Under the pieces are notes generated by a model. The model had not been told where the DNA came from, ran no database searches, and worked only from the letters and a program-made list of their open reading frames with translations. A stretch of DNA of 64,000 bases, from NCBI GenBank assembly GCA_002633005.1, contig NMRA01000142.1, positions 788,860 through 852,859 of the forward strand, given 5' to 3'. This document shows positions 1-11,130 of the stretch, in pieces. Source of the DNA: Phoronis australis (lineage: Eukaryota > Animalia > Phoronida). The stretch's first letter is position 1, and each line of letters starts with the position of its first letter. Position numbers and translations under genes: made by a program.

Positions 1-58
1 AAATATCTATATTTAGTAATTCAAAAAACAAAAAATCAAATACAAAGGCCCTACTTAC

Positions 59-166
59 ATCTTGCAGAAGCCTGCCCAGTACATACATGGACTGGCCCCA
101 CTTGTGCGGTAATTGACCAATAGGAAGCCTCTCTTGACTTTTAGGCTTGAGATACTCTTGTTCCAC
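59..166 (-). CDS. PHKA: PHKA coding exon 11 (VEQEYLKPKSQERLPIGQLPHKWGQSMYVLGRLLQD); gene continues beyond the window start
   Basis: 108 nt, GCAG acceptor, GAT|GTAAGT donor; contains the PHxWGQS motif. Confidence 0.93.
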
Positions 167-847
167 CTGCGTACATGTTGCAGACACTTAAGGGGGGTTT
201 TGCCACTGTTAAGCTATCAATGCTGAATTCTCGACAGAAGCACTGGGGTTTGAAAGTATAACTGCACTTAACCGATAATGAATTATTGCTGAATAATGAA
301 GTCACAGGCAATGTAGAAATGCATCACTTTTGAATTCACAATTTGAGGGCTGGTCAACCTCAGTAAACTCTGAAGCATTTGCTTGAGCAGCCCATGGTTT
401 TGGTAACGAAAAACCAAGTCCTACTAAAATAAGGAAGAGTAAGAGACGCATTTCATCAGCTTGGGTGGATTAATTCATATTTGGGTTTTGACGCCAAAAT
501 ACTGAGGAAACGCAGTTTTAAATGTACAATTGAGTAACACAATGAATGTAAGGAGAGTTGACCTAAAGTCAGAAGGCCATCACAATACTACGAATATGTC
601 AAAAAAATATACTTGTGGTTATCAATTCAGGTCATGAGACATAAAAGGACAAATAACCAATTGTTACTTTAGACTGCTCTTCAGTACTAAACACTATAAC
701 AAAAGTAAAAAATATTTTTGTCAGTTTCATTTCCTCCATCCTTCTGTATTTTACACTGAAGTACAACTTTGCAAAAAAAGCAATACAGTCACGGAACACG
801 CAGTCTTTTCGTATACTTAGCCGCGTATTCCAGCAGGAGAGCCATAC

Positions 848-943
848 CTTGTCGGCTGGAACTGTGTAAAGCTCGGGCATCATGTTAATGCCATCAGCAC
901 TCTTCACCATAATTCTGTCCAGAGCATTGCGATACTCAGTCAC
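848..943 (-). CDS. PHKA: PHKA coding exon 10 (VTEYRNALDRIMVKSADGINMMPELYTVPADK)
   Basis: 96 nt, TTTCCAG acceptor, AAG|GTATGG donor; contains the PELYxVP motif. Confidence 0.93.
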
Positions 944-1039
944 CTGGAAATGAGCAATGATTGCACATGCACAGTGTTAAACAATGGGAAATTAGCAATG
1001 ATTGCACACGGACAGTATTGAACATATGGAAAGGAGTAG

Positions 1040-1621
1040 CAACAGTGCAGTCCCAGATTACGCAGCGATAGAACTCTCCTTTGTCCCGGAGGTACGAAAG
1101 CACATTTTTACATCGCCTTCGTTTTGAAATGTCAGGGACATTTTTATAGACCATGTCAGAAACCGTTGAGGAGTATGGCTGCAGTAATATTCTCCATTTC
1201 AACCATTTAAAAGTATTGGCATTGAAAAGATATTTTCGAGAAGGAGGTTCTACTCGGATCAAAATAATAATAGCGAATTTGCTTTATCAACTGGCTCCGC
1301 ATTTTCTTGCCTTTGCTTGATGATGGAAAGGCGAAGAACTAAACATCACGCAACCACTGCTATTAGCCAAGTTTATCTAAGTGTCTCTCGTCAGAATTGC
1401 AGCTCTTAGCATAGCAATTATAATACTTTGTTGGCATTGGAAGGACCAGTAGAGTAATGCAGCTGAGAAAAAAATCTGAGGAGTATCACAACAACAAAGA
1501 ACATGTGGAATTCCAAAGGTACAAAAATGAGTGGCTACAAAAGTGCTTGACAAATATTGCGTCATTGTGGATAAATACAGTGAGATTTGAGTGGTGCTGT
1601 GTATTCCGGGACAACCTTATT
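1040..1621. mobile_element. MITE-like element, copy 1 (second copy at 20178-20682)
   Basis: Colinear similarity to 20178-20682, e.g. catgtc(a/g)gaaaccgttgaggagtatg and aagtgcttgac; imperfect TIRs gtcccagattac / attccgggac. Confidence 0.7.
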
Positions 1622-2035
1622 GTACTTGAACACCATAGGGCACCTGGAAATGAGCAGCAATTACACATGGTGAGAAAAGTACGCGAAAACTTATTAAATA
1701 AATGTGTTTGACTGAATTTTGGACAATGGCATGCTGCAGACAAACATTTTTTCTGAAAAAATCGACCTTCTCCTGTTTTGCAAAAAATGTAGTCCTAATA
1801 TAGGTATTTGGAAAAAAGGATCTAATTTCAACTATAATTATGTTCACAAAGGGCTCCAATTGTGCACTACATTCCTGTATATCCTCAGCCTTGAAACACT
1901 GATATCAGTAATCAATAGTTTCCATAACACGAATCAAAGGGGTGGGTTTTTATTAAACAGAAAGTCACTTTAGGTGAAGCAGACTTTGTCCAACCTCACA
2001 AAGATCCAATATTGGCCAGGGCAATGCCTCACTAC

Positions 2036-2158
2036 CTGTTCCTTACGGCCAGAGAAGACTCCATCCAGGAGAAGATAGGCATAAAACACAGGCCATTCGC
2101 ACTCAATGTTCTCAAAGATCTTCAACTCCCAAGGTTCATAGTGAAGTCTGCGCGGGTC
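2036..2158 (-). CDS. PHKA: PHKA coding exon 9 ([41 protein letters not shown])
   Basis: 123 nt, TTGTAG acceptor, CAG|GTAGTG donor; contains the FENIECEWP motif. Confidence 0.94.
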
Positions 2159-2522
2159 CTACAAGAAAACCAAGGTGAATAAATTCTTCAGCGGAGCCTA
2201 GGCAAGGATGTGCGACTATGTTTTCAATCCCTTTGATTTGAAAATGAGGTGGTTTTAGAGGGTAGAATGGTGCTAAAGGGGTGGAGTAGTTATCACTCTT
2301 ACAAAAAGCATGTGCGAATGTTGTTATGTTCGCCTATGCCTTGTAGATGCAACAAGATCATGATGAGAAGTTGTAAAGCAAAGAAGTTATAGTGAGAAGT
2401 TCCACCATCAAGGAGTCTGCAACTGAACTGAGTTAAGTTAAATGAAATTAGAAACTACACTTAAAAAGAGCAAACCTGAGTCTGAAATTCATGACTGACC
2501 TTTTGAATCCATTGACTAGACC

Positions 2523-2881
2523 TTAAGGAAATATACAGTTCTATAACTTAACGACACATTGTCGGCGAGAAAAGTGATTTCTGGGATCATCTGCAGTGTG
2601 GAATCAAACCTGCAAACCCTGCAGTTGTAGTCGAACATTTTGCTGGAGGAGCTAGACATCACTCAATAAATGGCCGTGAATTTTTTTAAGGATATTTAAC
2701 TCGGTAAAGTCACTGGAAGACAACAGTGAGAATTGGAGATTTTGGAGAAAGTTGTGAAAACACAACAGATTTTGTTGTTTTGTAGGTCTGGTCAAAGGTA
2801 ATAACTTCAAGAGGTCTATCCCATCCAGCGATAATCCCAAAAATGAATTTTTCAACCATGAAACCTATAATGTCTCTTTAA
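2523..2881. mobile_element. Possible TTAA-flanked (Kolobok-like) non-autonomous element
   Basis: TTAA-GGAAATATACAG at the left end and CTATAATGTCTCT-TTAA at the right; weak TIR match only. Confidence 0.3.
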
Positions 2882-5501
2882 GGAATACACTACATCTATA
2901 TGACAAGGAATTTACTACAGATGCTAAATTATACCATGAGTTTTTAAAGACTTCTCAACTACTAAGAAAGAGAAACAATTAAAGTATGTTTGGTTTCTTG
3001 CTTAGCAAGTATCCCGTTCTAATCACATTTTGAAAGCATTCACCAAATAAAGCTAACTAAGGCGTTGGGCAAAAGTAAGCCAACAGGGTTGAACAATAAT
3101 AAAAGTTGCGTTAGGTGCCCCGGAAGAAGGTGAAAAGTGAAGCAAGATGCATATACAGTGATACAAAAGATGATTAAAATATTTGCTCAACACGGGCAAA
3201 CAAGCGACAAGGACCATTGTCATTCGTTACGAAAAATATGACATCACACAACAAAACAGGGAACTTGCTCACACACAAAACTGGCATTTCCTAGGCGTAC
3301 ATTGAAGCCCCATTCCACCAATGATGAAGTCATTTCTGATCACTTTGATTCAATTAATTGAATGTCATCTAAATTATACCTGAAGTGTGTGCAACTAGAA
3401 AAGATAAACTTGTGGTTTCTTCTACGGAAGTCGTGAGATTATGAATAAATTGCTTTATAGTTAACTCTCATCAGTGTCAGAATGTCAGGTAATGTCAGAA
3501 TTGCCACTTTTTCGTGGGCTTCAAAAATATCGAAAATGCCAATTAATGCCTAAAAATACTACAATCATCATTTAGTTTGCAACAGAGCCGAACTTACTGC
3601 CTATATTTACATGAGAGGGTTCTTGTGAGTTTTAAATCGGGTGTTTTGTGCAATGGACCCGACCTATGTGGTCTGCGCATGTCCAATGCTATTCAGGTAT
3701 CGGACTACTACCTGCAATGTTTTTTTTTACATTAGAGCTTATGTTTTGTGAAGAAAACGGAAAAATTGATATTCATGTGTGACCTATATCATGCCCTAAG
3801 ATAGAGAGATTGTACAGCCAGTCAAGTGTGTGAATTTTTAACTATTTTTAGATGTTTTCTGCGAATGAAATCATTCTTAAAATACTCTAAGACATGTGAA
3901 TAATGATTCCAAGGTGTCGACCTAAACATATGCTAGGAGCAAAAAAACCCAAAAAATGACAACACATGACTTCCGTCAAAGCCCATAATGTCACAACTTC
4001 CAGTTGAAGAGTTTCAAATACGACTACAATCATTTCCGTTTTCAACAGAAATCTCTTTATGTACCACAATAAAACGTCATACGGTGTCAAGTGATCGAAA
4101 ACCATTCAAAATCGGTGGAACTTGTTTCTGAATAAAATCCCCCAGTTACCTTATTAATTGATGGGTCGTGGGCCTTATACACGATTTCTGTCTGCAGCAA
4201 ATCAAGAGGGATTGAAAACAAGAGAAATATCACTACCAAAGGCTAAGATAATCAAATGTCGTCCTAGAAACCAATTTACATTTGACGAAATGAATGAGAT
4301 TAAAATGGAAGTTTGTAATAGGAGACGTTTGCAAAGAAATGAAGGATGCGACACCTTGCCACAAAGTTCGTGACGTGACTCATTCCGACTCTTCCCAGCC
4401 AACAACTGAATATTGACTGGACACTGATGTTTGACACAATAACAATACAGCTTTCATTGAGTTGAGATCATATCCCACGGCCCACTACACTAAACACCTC
4501 AGGGAGTCAAATCCTGTAGTGTGCGGCAGGGTACATGATTCAAACTTTTGACATTATCAGAGAGCAACTAGTCATTAATTGCCATTGCTTTGCAAGACTC
4601 TCATTAAAACATATTTCTGCACCTAGGGCACAATGTGGCGGACAAGTGAAATTTAATTTCCTAATTTTATCACATATGTAGCATCAAATTAACGCTTTAC
4701 CATGTCAACGTCAGTGCCATGGCAACCATCAGAAAATATTTTGAAAAACTGTGATACCTTGTAAAACGAAAACGGACAATTTGGCAATTATTTTTGTCCA
4801 AAACTCGCGAGATTTTACCGCATGTGCGGAAACGTTTTGTTGAGGAATTTTTAAGATTTTTAATCAGGACAATTTTGTATAACTCGTGATGAATTCAAAT
4901 GCACAGTACAGATCCCCATACAATGACATTTAGTACAACCTACATCTATCCATCTACAAATACTAAGCTGCTACAAATACGACTATGTGGAGTAAATACA
5001 TTGTTTTTTTGGTTTAGACAGTTTACAGTTATGAAATCAACCTCAACTTCTTCCTTACTCAAAACAGAGGCAATTTCTGGGATTGAAAAACCTGGCAGTG
5101 TGCTGTTACTTGAGAACATAGTCATTGAAATAGCTTGTAACGAAAAGCTGACTATGGTCATTTGCAACCCGTCAGTTCCTTTGGGGCCCAGAAACCAAAT
5201 TAATTATTCCCTGGTAAGGAACAAGCCGAGACCTGTTTTAAAGCAGTAGGTACTCTAAATAAAAAATTCTGTTTCTTTGATCTAACGCAGGTAAATAGCT
5301 TCAAAAATTGTATTTTCACTGAAATAAAATGGCCAGTAACTCACAACACAAAGCAGAGACAGTTATATAACTTTGACTAAAAGACGTGCATATCAATAGC
5401 AACTATGGTAAATAAGTTTATTGTATGTAACCACATGCAACCCGAATGTGTTAGAAAGTACCAACATCTCAGCTAATAATGCTCTACTTTAACGCGCTTA
5501 C

Positions 5502-5555
5502 CTCTTTCGCAGTCTTGTATCCATCCCTGAGAAATCGTCTGCACCCGTACTGCCC
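5502..5555 (-). CDS. PHKA: PHKA coding exon 8 (GQYGCRRFLRDGYKTAKE)
   Basis: 54 nt, TTCAG acceptor, GAG|GTAAGC donor; contains the RFLRDGY motif. Confidence 0.93.
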
Positions 5556-7018
5556 CTGAATAAAACATGGAAGAGTTTTAACTGTCTTGTTAAGAACTAT
5601 ACATTGAAAGTACAGTATTATGTTACTATTTGCTTTTGAAAAAAAAAATTGAATCAAGGCACTAAAGGGACAGTTTCTTCCTATTTACAGTCTGTGGTCT
5701 TGTCCACCTCTTTCCTATATTCTCTAAGCCGATAACCACGGACTGAGTGTTTACAAGATCGGAAAGAGAAGCCTCTCTCACTGTAATTAACAAGTCTGTA
5801 ATTAAAGATCACGCTAAATGAAATTATCATGTTACTGACTTGGAGAGTTTAAAAATTCTAGCAAATGAGAATAACACATATTGCAGGAGGATAGTGCAAT
5901 CCATCTGTATCAGAAAAATGAACGTATGATGAACGGGGAAGAAAGAAGTTTCGAGCTTTCTCAAAGTTCATGACTTCATACAGCACAAAACACACTACAG
6001 AAGACGGTAGAGACCACACCAAGGATACCAAAAACTAAATGCGGTTTTTATGGTGAACCCTTGGATGTAAGCAGCCTAATCATGCAAATATCCATATGAG
6101 ACTTTCTGTTGTTCTGTTGACTGTTAGTCAAAGGTCTTTCTATTGGTTGATGGGCAATGAAGTCATCACACCAATCAGAAGAGATGGTCCCATAATGTGT
6201 CCGACACACATCTATGGGGGCGCATAATAACTGACGCAAACACAAAGGTGTTTTTAGTGATAACAACCCCAACTATTGTGTGACATCACTGCTAACAAAA
6301 ACAGATAAAAACACGGATCACAGCCCTGGTTACTCGATACAGCAATATCGCACTGAAAAATTATTTAATTCTTTAAATGATATAGATTTTATAAAGGAAA
6401 AACAGCACCAAATCCTGTATTGCTGTGCTGTGGTGTGGTGTAAGGCAACATCACTGAAACTGATGGGACTGGCAGAATGTACATAATGCAACGCACATGG
6501 GCTTCAAACTGTCCCAAGAAAGATATCTCAGGGGAAACCGGGGAGGAGTTCAACAGCTGTATTGTGGCGAGAAAAATCTAGCCAAAAGCACGACGTGCTC
6601 TCATTGAAAATTCATGGCAATATCTCCCGTAATCTCACAGAGTCTTGCTTCTTTAGCCAGGTTCTAGTGCTACTGAACTCTACCCAAGTTTGACAACAGG
6701 CAGTATATCAGTTTGTGGCTTCACTTGATCCAGAGACAATATCAATGTTAGTTAAACCCGACTAATAGTTCTTTCTACAGAGGTAATGACTAAACTACAC
6801 CACATGCGTAATGTATAATGAGAACATTACCAATTACCATTAGTACCAGCATAATGCAAAATAATGTAGATTCTCACTTTTGTGATTCCACCAACAGGGT
6901 AGTATTAAAGGCAGTAAACTGAATACTGAAATCTGCAGGTGCCTAGTGTTTTAAACAGTCGATGCATTATATAGTGTCAGCTACAATGACTTTAATAATC
7001 ACAGTAAAAGCAAGGGAC

Positions 7019-7050
7019 ATGGTGAGAATTATATCAAATGGACGTAAGAG
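7019..7050 (+). CDS. Probable first coding exon of the nested GT31 gene (MVRIISNGRK-R); in-frame ATGs also at 6962 and 6986
   Basis: Ends in a strong AG|GTAAGT donor in phase 2, matching the phase-2 acceptor at 9093. The spliced product has a basic cytosolic tail before the TM helix (type II Golgi topology). Confidence 0.65.
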
Positions 7051-7112
7051 GTAAGTGTTCTACTGGTCAGATTACTCTATCCTACGTCTTGTTTAAATGA
7101 AACAAAATGTGC

Positions 7113-7190
7113 CTGAATGACATCATGTGGCTACTCTGTGTGTCTGAATGACATCTTGTGGCTACTCTGTGTGCGCGTGTGTGTGTGCGT
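7113..7190. repeat. About 31-bp tandem duplication followed by a short (GT)n/(GC)n run
   Basis: ctgaatgacatc(a/t)tgtggctactctgtgtg occurs twice. Confidence 0.8.
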
Positions 7191-7531
7191 GACAGATTCT
7201 CTTAGTTTTGACGAGATTGGAGTCTTCAATAGAAAGCAGAACATAAGAATACCTAAAATACATCTATGTTCCGCATAATCAAAGGACATACTATATATCT
7301 TATTAAAGAGAAAAATGAAATGCAACAGTTAAGTCACATATAAGATGACTATATGCAACCCGGCATTATTTGAATATATGTTTGCCTCAGTGAATCCATA
7401 GTAACCATACAAACAATCCACTGGGCGATCTACCTGGTCCACTAGTAGTGTTCATTTCAAGGTAAATTTAGAAATTTTGCTCTAAATTGTTTTCCATGCT
7501 ACTTTAGCAGTTTGAAGTACTTAGCATCATA

Positions 7532-7680
7532 ATGGAACAAAATGCAAGGTCTTGTATTAAGTAACCACATACTAATAGAATACAATCATAATACGATGGT
7601 ACAAAATGCAAGGTCTTGTATTAAGTAACCACATACTAATAGAATACAATCATAATACAATGGTACAAAATGCAAGGTCT
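7532..7680. repeat. 64-bp minisatellite, about 2.3 copies
   Basis: aatgcaaggtc recurs at 7541, 7605 and 7669 with near-identical units. Confidence 0.9.
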
Positions 7681-8656
7681 AACAGTCATGCGGATATATT
7701 AAGTAAATTCACTACATATTACCAATAGAATACAATCATACTTATCTAATAGAATGAAACAGCCACCAGCTGTTAGGCTATTTGGTTATGAAAGAAACAT
7801 GAACTTAACAATGTCATATCGGGATTACTTTATTTGCTAATTGATATTTATAGACATCAGACGTGCAAAAAATAATTGAAATCAAGTGTATTTCCTCAAT
7901 TCTATGCTGTCTACGGAGTGGATCAATTACCGCATCAGCTATGGCTTCAAGACAATAAAACACTGGCTAAAATAAATTGATATGTTGTGGACTAATACTG
8001 TTGATTTTTCAAACTACTTGGCTTCTGAAATTGAATTCCTTGTAAAAAATTCAGTGAGGACTATTTTTACCTGAAGTAATATGACAAAAATTAGCCAAAA
8101 TAAATACATTAAATTATATATTTTCACCGAAAATCCGTAATTTACCAATTAAAGAAGGGATATTATCAACATTCCCATATTTTCATAAACTGTTACTAAG
8201 TAGAACCAAATTAAAACTGCCTTTTTCGTTTAAATAACATGGATGTCATCGGATGATGTTTTGAAAAATTGCGGGCATTCACAACATTAGAAGCTTTTGA
8301 AAAGTGATAAAATGTTTAACCTAGCAATTATTTTTGTATGGAATTGGTACAATTTTACCGTACACAATTTCCAAAATGAGTAATTCTATATAGATTCGAG
8401 TATTAAAAAGTAACCTGAATCATCGATAGAATCATAAAAATTGGTTCTCTATAAAAACAGTGTTATCAAACATCAAAATTTTCATTTCGGGAAATTCATG
8501 GTCAATCAACCTTATGACTTTTGAATACAAAGAATATAGAAACGAATGGGCAGTCTAAAAGCAGCCAGATGTTTGGGTCAAGTTCTGTCAATGTCCAATT
8601 CACAAGATACACATGCGGGGGCACGTTTTTCTATAACTTGTAAATGAAATGCGTGA

Positions 8657-8727
8657 AAGTAAAATACGACGTTTAGATTGTGCCCGCATGCATAATGCCA
8701 GCACAATCTAAACGTCGTATTTTACTT
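8657..8727. repeat. Perfect 27-bp inverted repeat with a 17-nt loop
   Basis: aagtaaaatacgacgtttagattgtgc / gcacaatctaaacgtcgtattttactt. Confidence 0.9.
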
Positions 8728-9093
8728 ACAATCTTAAGACGAATGGAATCTTGATGCTTGACGGAGCATTGCAAGTACTTTCTAGTTCAATAATACTGCT
8801 TTCTTATTTACTTAAATTCACTATTAGTAACTAATGAATTAACATGAACAAATTACACCAACTTAGTATTTAGAGAACTTTGAACTTCATTCATTTCACA
8901 TGTTCAATCTCAACCATGGATTATTTTGGTTAACACATGTTACGTTTACGTTAAGATGCCATTAATTATCTGATCATCCCTTAGTAGTTTTCCTGTCTTA
9001 GAGCAATGGCTTTGCTACACATGATGCGGACCTGAGTACAAACTTTTTACATTTTAACACAGTTAAGCAGCTCGCGCTCAATTTGTTTTTTAG

Positions 9094-10063
9094 ATTTAAA
9101 CTGCGAGGAATTTTAGTCATCGTCACAGTACTGGTAACCTATGTACATTTTTACCAGACGAACAAAGGACATGGATCAACCAATCAGAGCCAGTACTTGT
9201 CAAGGAGACATAGCAGACGTCAGTCAATGTATCAATTTGTAATCAACCACCCAGACAGCTGTACTCAGAGGAACATTTCGTTGGCAATCATAGTGCACAG
9301 TAGTGCAACAAACAACAGGCGACGAGAGAGCGTGAGACGTACGTGGGCGACCGTCCGACAGTCAAATGGTTTCATAATTGGTGTGTATTTCATGCTCGGA
9401 ATGAAAACTGAACAACAGAAAATGATTATGAAAGAAAACCGTCTGTATCAGGATATCATTCAACAAAACTTTGAAGACACATACCGCAACCTCACTTTGA
9501 AAAACCAAATGGCAATGCAGTGGACCAGCACATACTGCAAGACGGCCAAGTTTATCATAAAAATGGATGATGACGTAATGCTTGACCCGTACCATGTGAC
9601 CAGATTTTTAACGAAAAAAGACCGGGAAAGTCCTGCAAACTTTCTCTACTGCCATGTCTATTATCCCAAGAAACCTCATAGGTGGCACTATTCACCAAAG
9701 GGTAAGTGGGCATTAACCTACGATGAATACCCAGATGATAATTTCCCGCTCTACTGCAAGGGTGCTGCCTACATATTGTCAGCAGACGTACCAGCAAAAC
9801 TGTGGAAGACCTCTTTTGAGCTACCCATGCTTCATATTGACGACGTGTTTATGACAGGGTTAGTCGCCAAACTTGCCAACATTACACCGCAACGGTGGAC
9901 ACATCCTCACAGGATGTACGTGCCGTTATCGCGTGTTTACAAGTCCTACGTAGGAATCCACGAAGCAATGTTTTTCGTTATCGAATCTTGGATCCAGTGG
10001 TATAACTGGGATTACGTGTGGTACAAAATACTGGAGTACGAGACAGAAACCTCAGTTCAATAA
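9094..10063 (+). CDS. GT31 family beta-1,3-galactosyltransferase / brainiac-like glycosyltransferase, main coding exon; nested in a PHKA intron
   Basis: N-terminal hydrophobic segment GILVIVTVLVTYVHFY and the Galactosyl_T motifs RRESVRRTW, DIIQQNFEDTYRNLTLK, KMDDD (DxD), FPLYCKGAAY and DDVFMTG. The ORF-track start at 9083 is TTG; a TTTGTTTTTTAG acceptor at 9093 explains the missing ATG. Confidence 0.9.
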
Positions 10064-11025
10064 GGGTTACAAGAGCAAAACTCTGTCACATTTACAGAGG
10101 AGGAAGGCCTCGATGGTTGGTATACGTAATCAAGTCACCAGACTCCGGAATGGCTAGAGAACACCAAATATTACCATGTAATGACCAAAAACTAAGGCCC
10201 AGTTGACACATCCAACACTAAAAAAAGCCTGAATGTGAGTGTCTGGCTACGTACGATTCATCTCCAGACTATTCATGGCTCACTGCACCCAAGGGGTGTA
10301 GTATGGGTATTGTCATGGGAAGTAATTGGATGGAACTGGGGTTACATGACTTATGTGTAACAAAATAGTGGATTAGAAAGCAGGAGCATCGGTTCAATAA
10401 GGAACAGCTAGTTAGTTTGCATAACAGAACACAGGGGGCAGCAGTGCTCCCATTAATGACTCTGACCATGCTGAAGCCCGTTTGTGTTTACGTCTATTAC
10501 AGTACATAGTGTTGTCATGTATCAGACATCAGCAATATGTATTAACTTGTCAACTTTGTAAAGGCATCACTGCGAATGAAATAATCCTCCCACAACACGA
10601 CGATGCCTTCGACGTGGAGACTTTATCTGATAACAATGCCATCACATTAAACCATTGAACATGTTGCTTATTAGTCTGTACAACCACACTAGCTCCATGA
10701 CAAAGTTAATATTTCTAAACAAATTTTGTTTGCAATCGTGTTGAAACTCTGTGTGCTCACATTATTTGTGTAATACAGCAACAAAAAGCCATCTTTAGTA
10801 TTTAAGTGTATCTACAACAAGTGTCTCCATCATAACTATAAGATGAAGCCACAGGAAACCGGCCTAAAGTTACATAACTATGCTGCCGGTGCTTTCTCCA
10901 TGACATTATTTTGGGGTAATAAGAATAAAATAACATATTTTGGGCGCAGCATCATACGTCTGAGTGCACAACTAAGTGACAATGACCTGTCAACTACTAC
11001 AACGAGCCGCAGCAGCAATTCTTAC

Positions 11026-11130
11026 CTTCAATTTATCGACAATAGTGTCCCTCGTTAGGTCAATCAAGGTCTGGTCATCCACAGCAAACGCAGGAAAACT
11101 TATGATGCTGAGAAGGGCACTGTCAACCTC
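11026..11130 (-). CDS. PHKA: PHKA coding exon 7 (EVDSALLSIISFPAFAVDDQTLIDLTRDTIVDKLK)
   Basis: 105 nt, TGTAG acceptor, AAG|GTAAGA donor; contains the SFPAFAV motif. Confidence 0.93.

Noticed and set aside
7532-7680. Possible CRISPR-like array
   Set aside because: The units are fully repeated with no unique spacers, the context is eukaryotic, and no cas genes are present.
9083-9093. ORF-track start of the glycosyltransferase
   Set aside because: It is a TTG inside a polypyrimidine tract and acceptor, not a real start; the upstream exon ending at 7050 is preferred.
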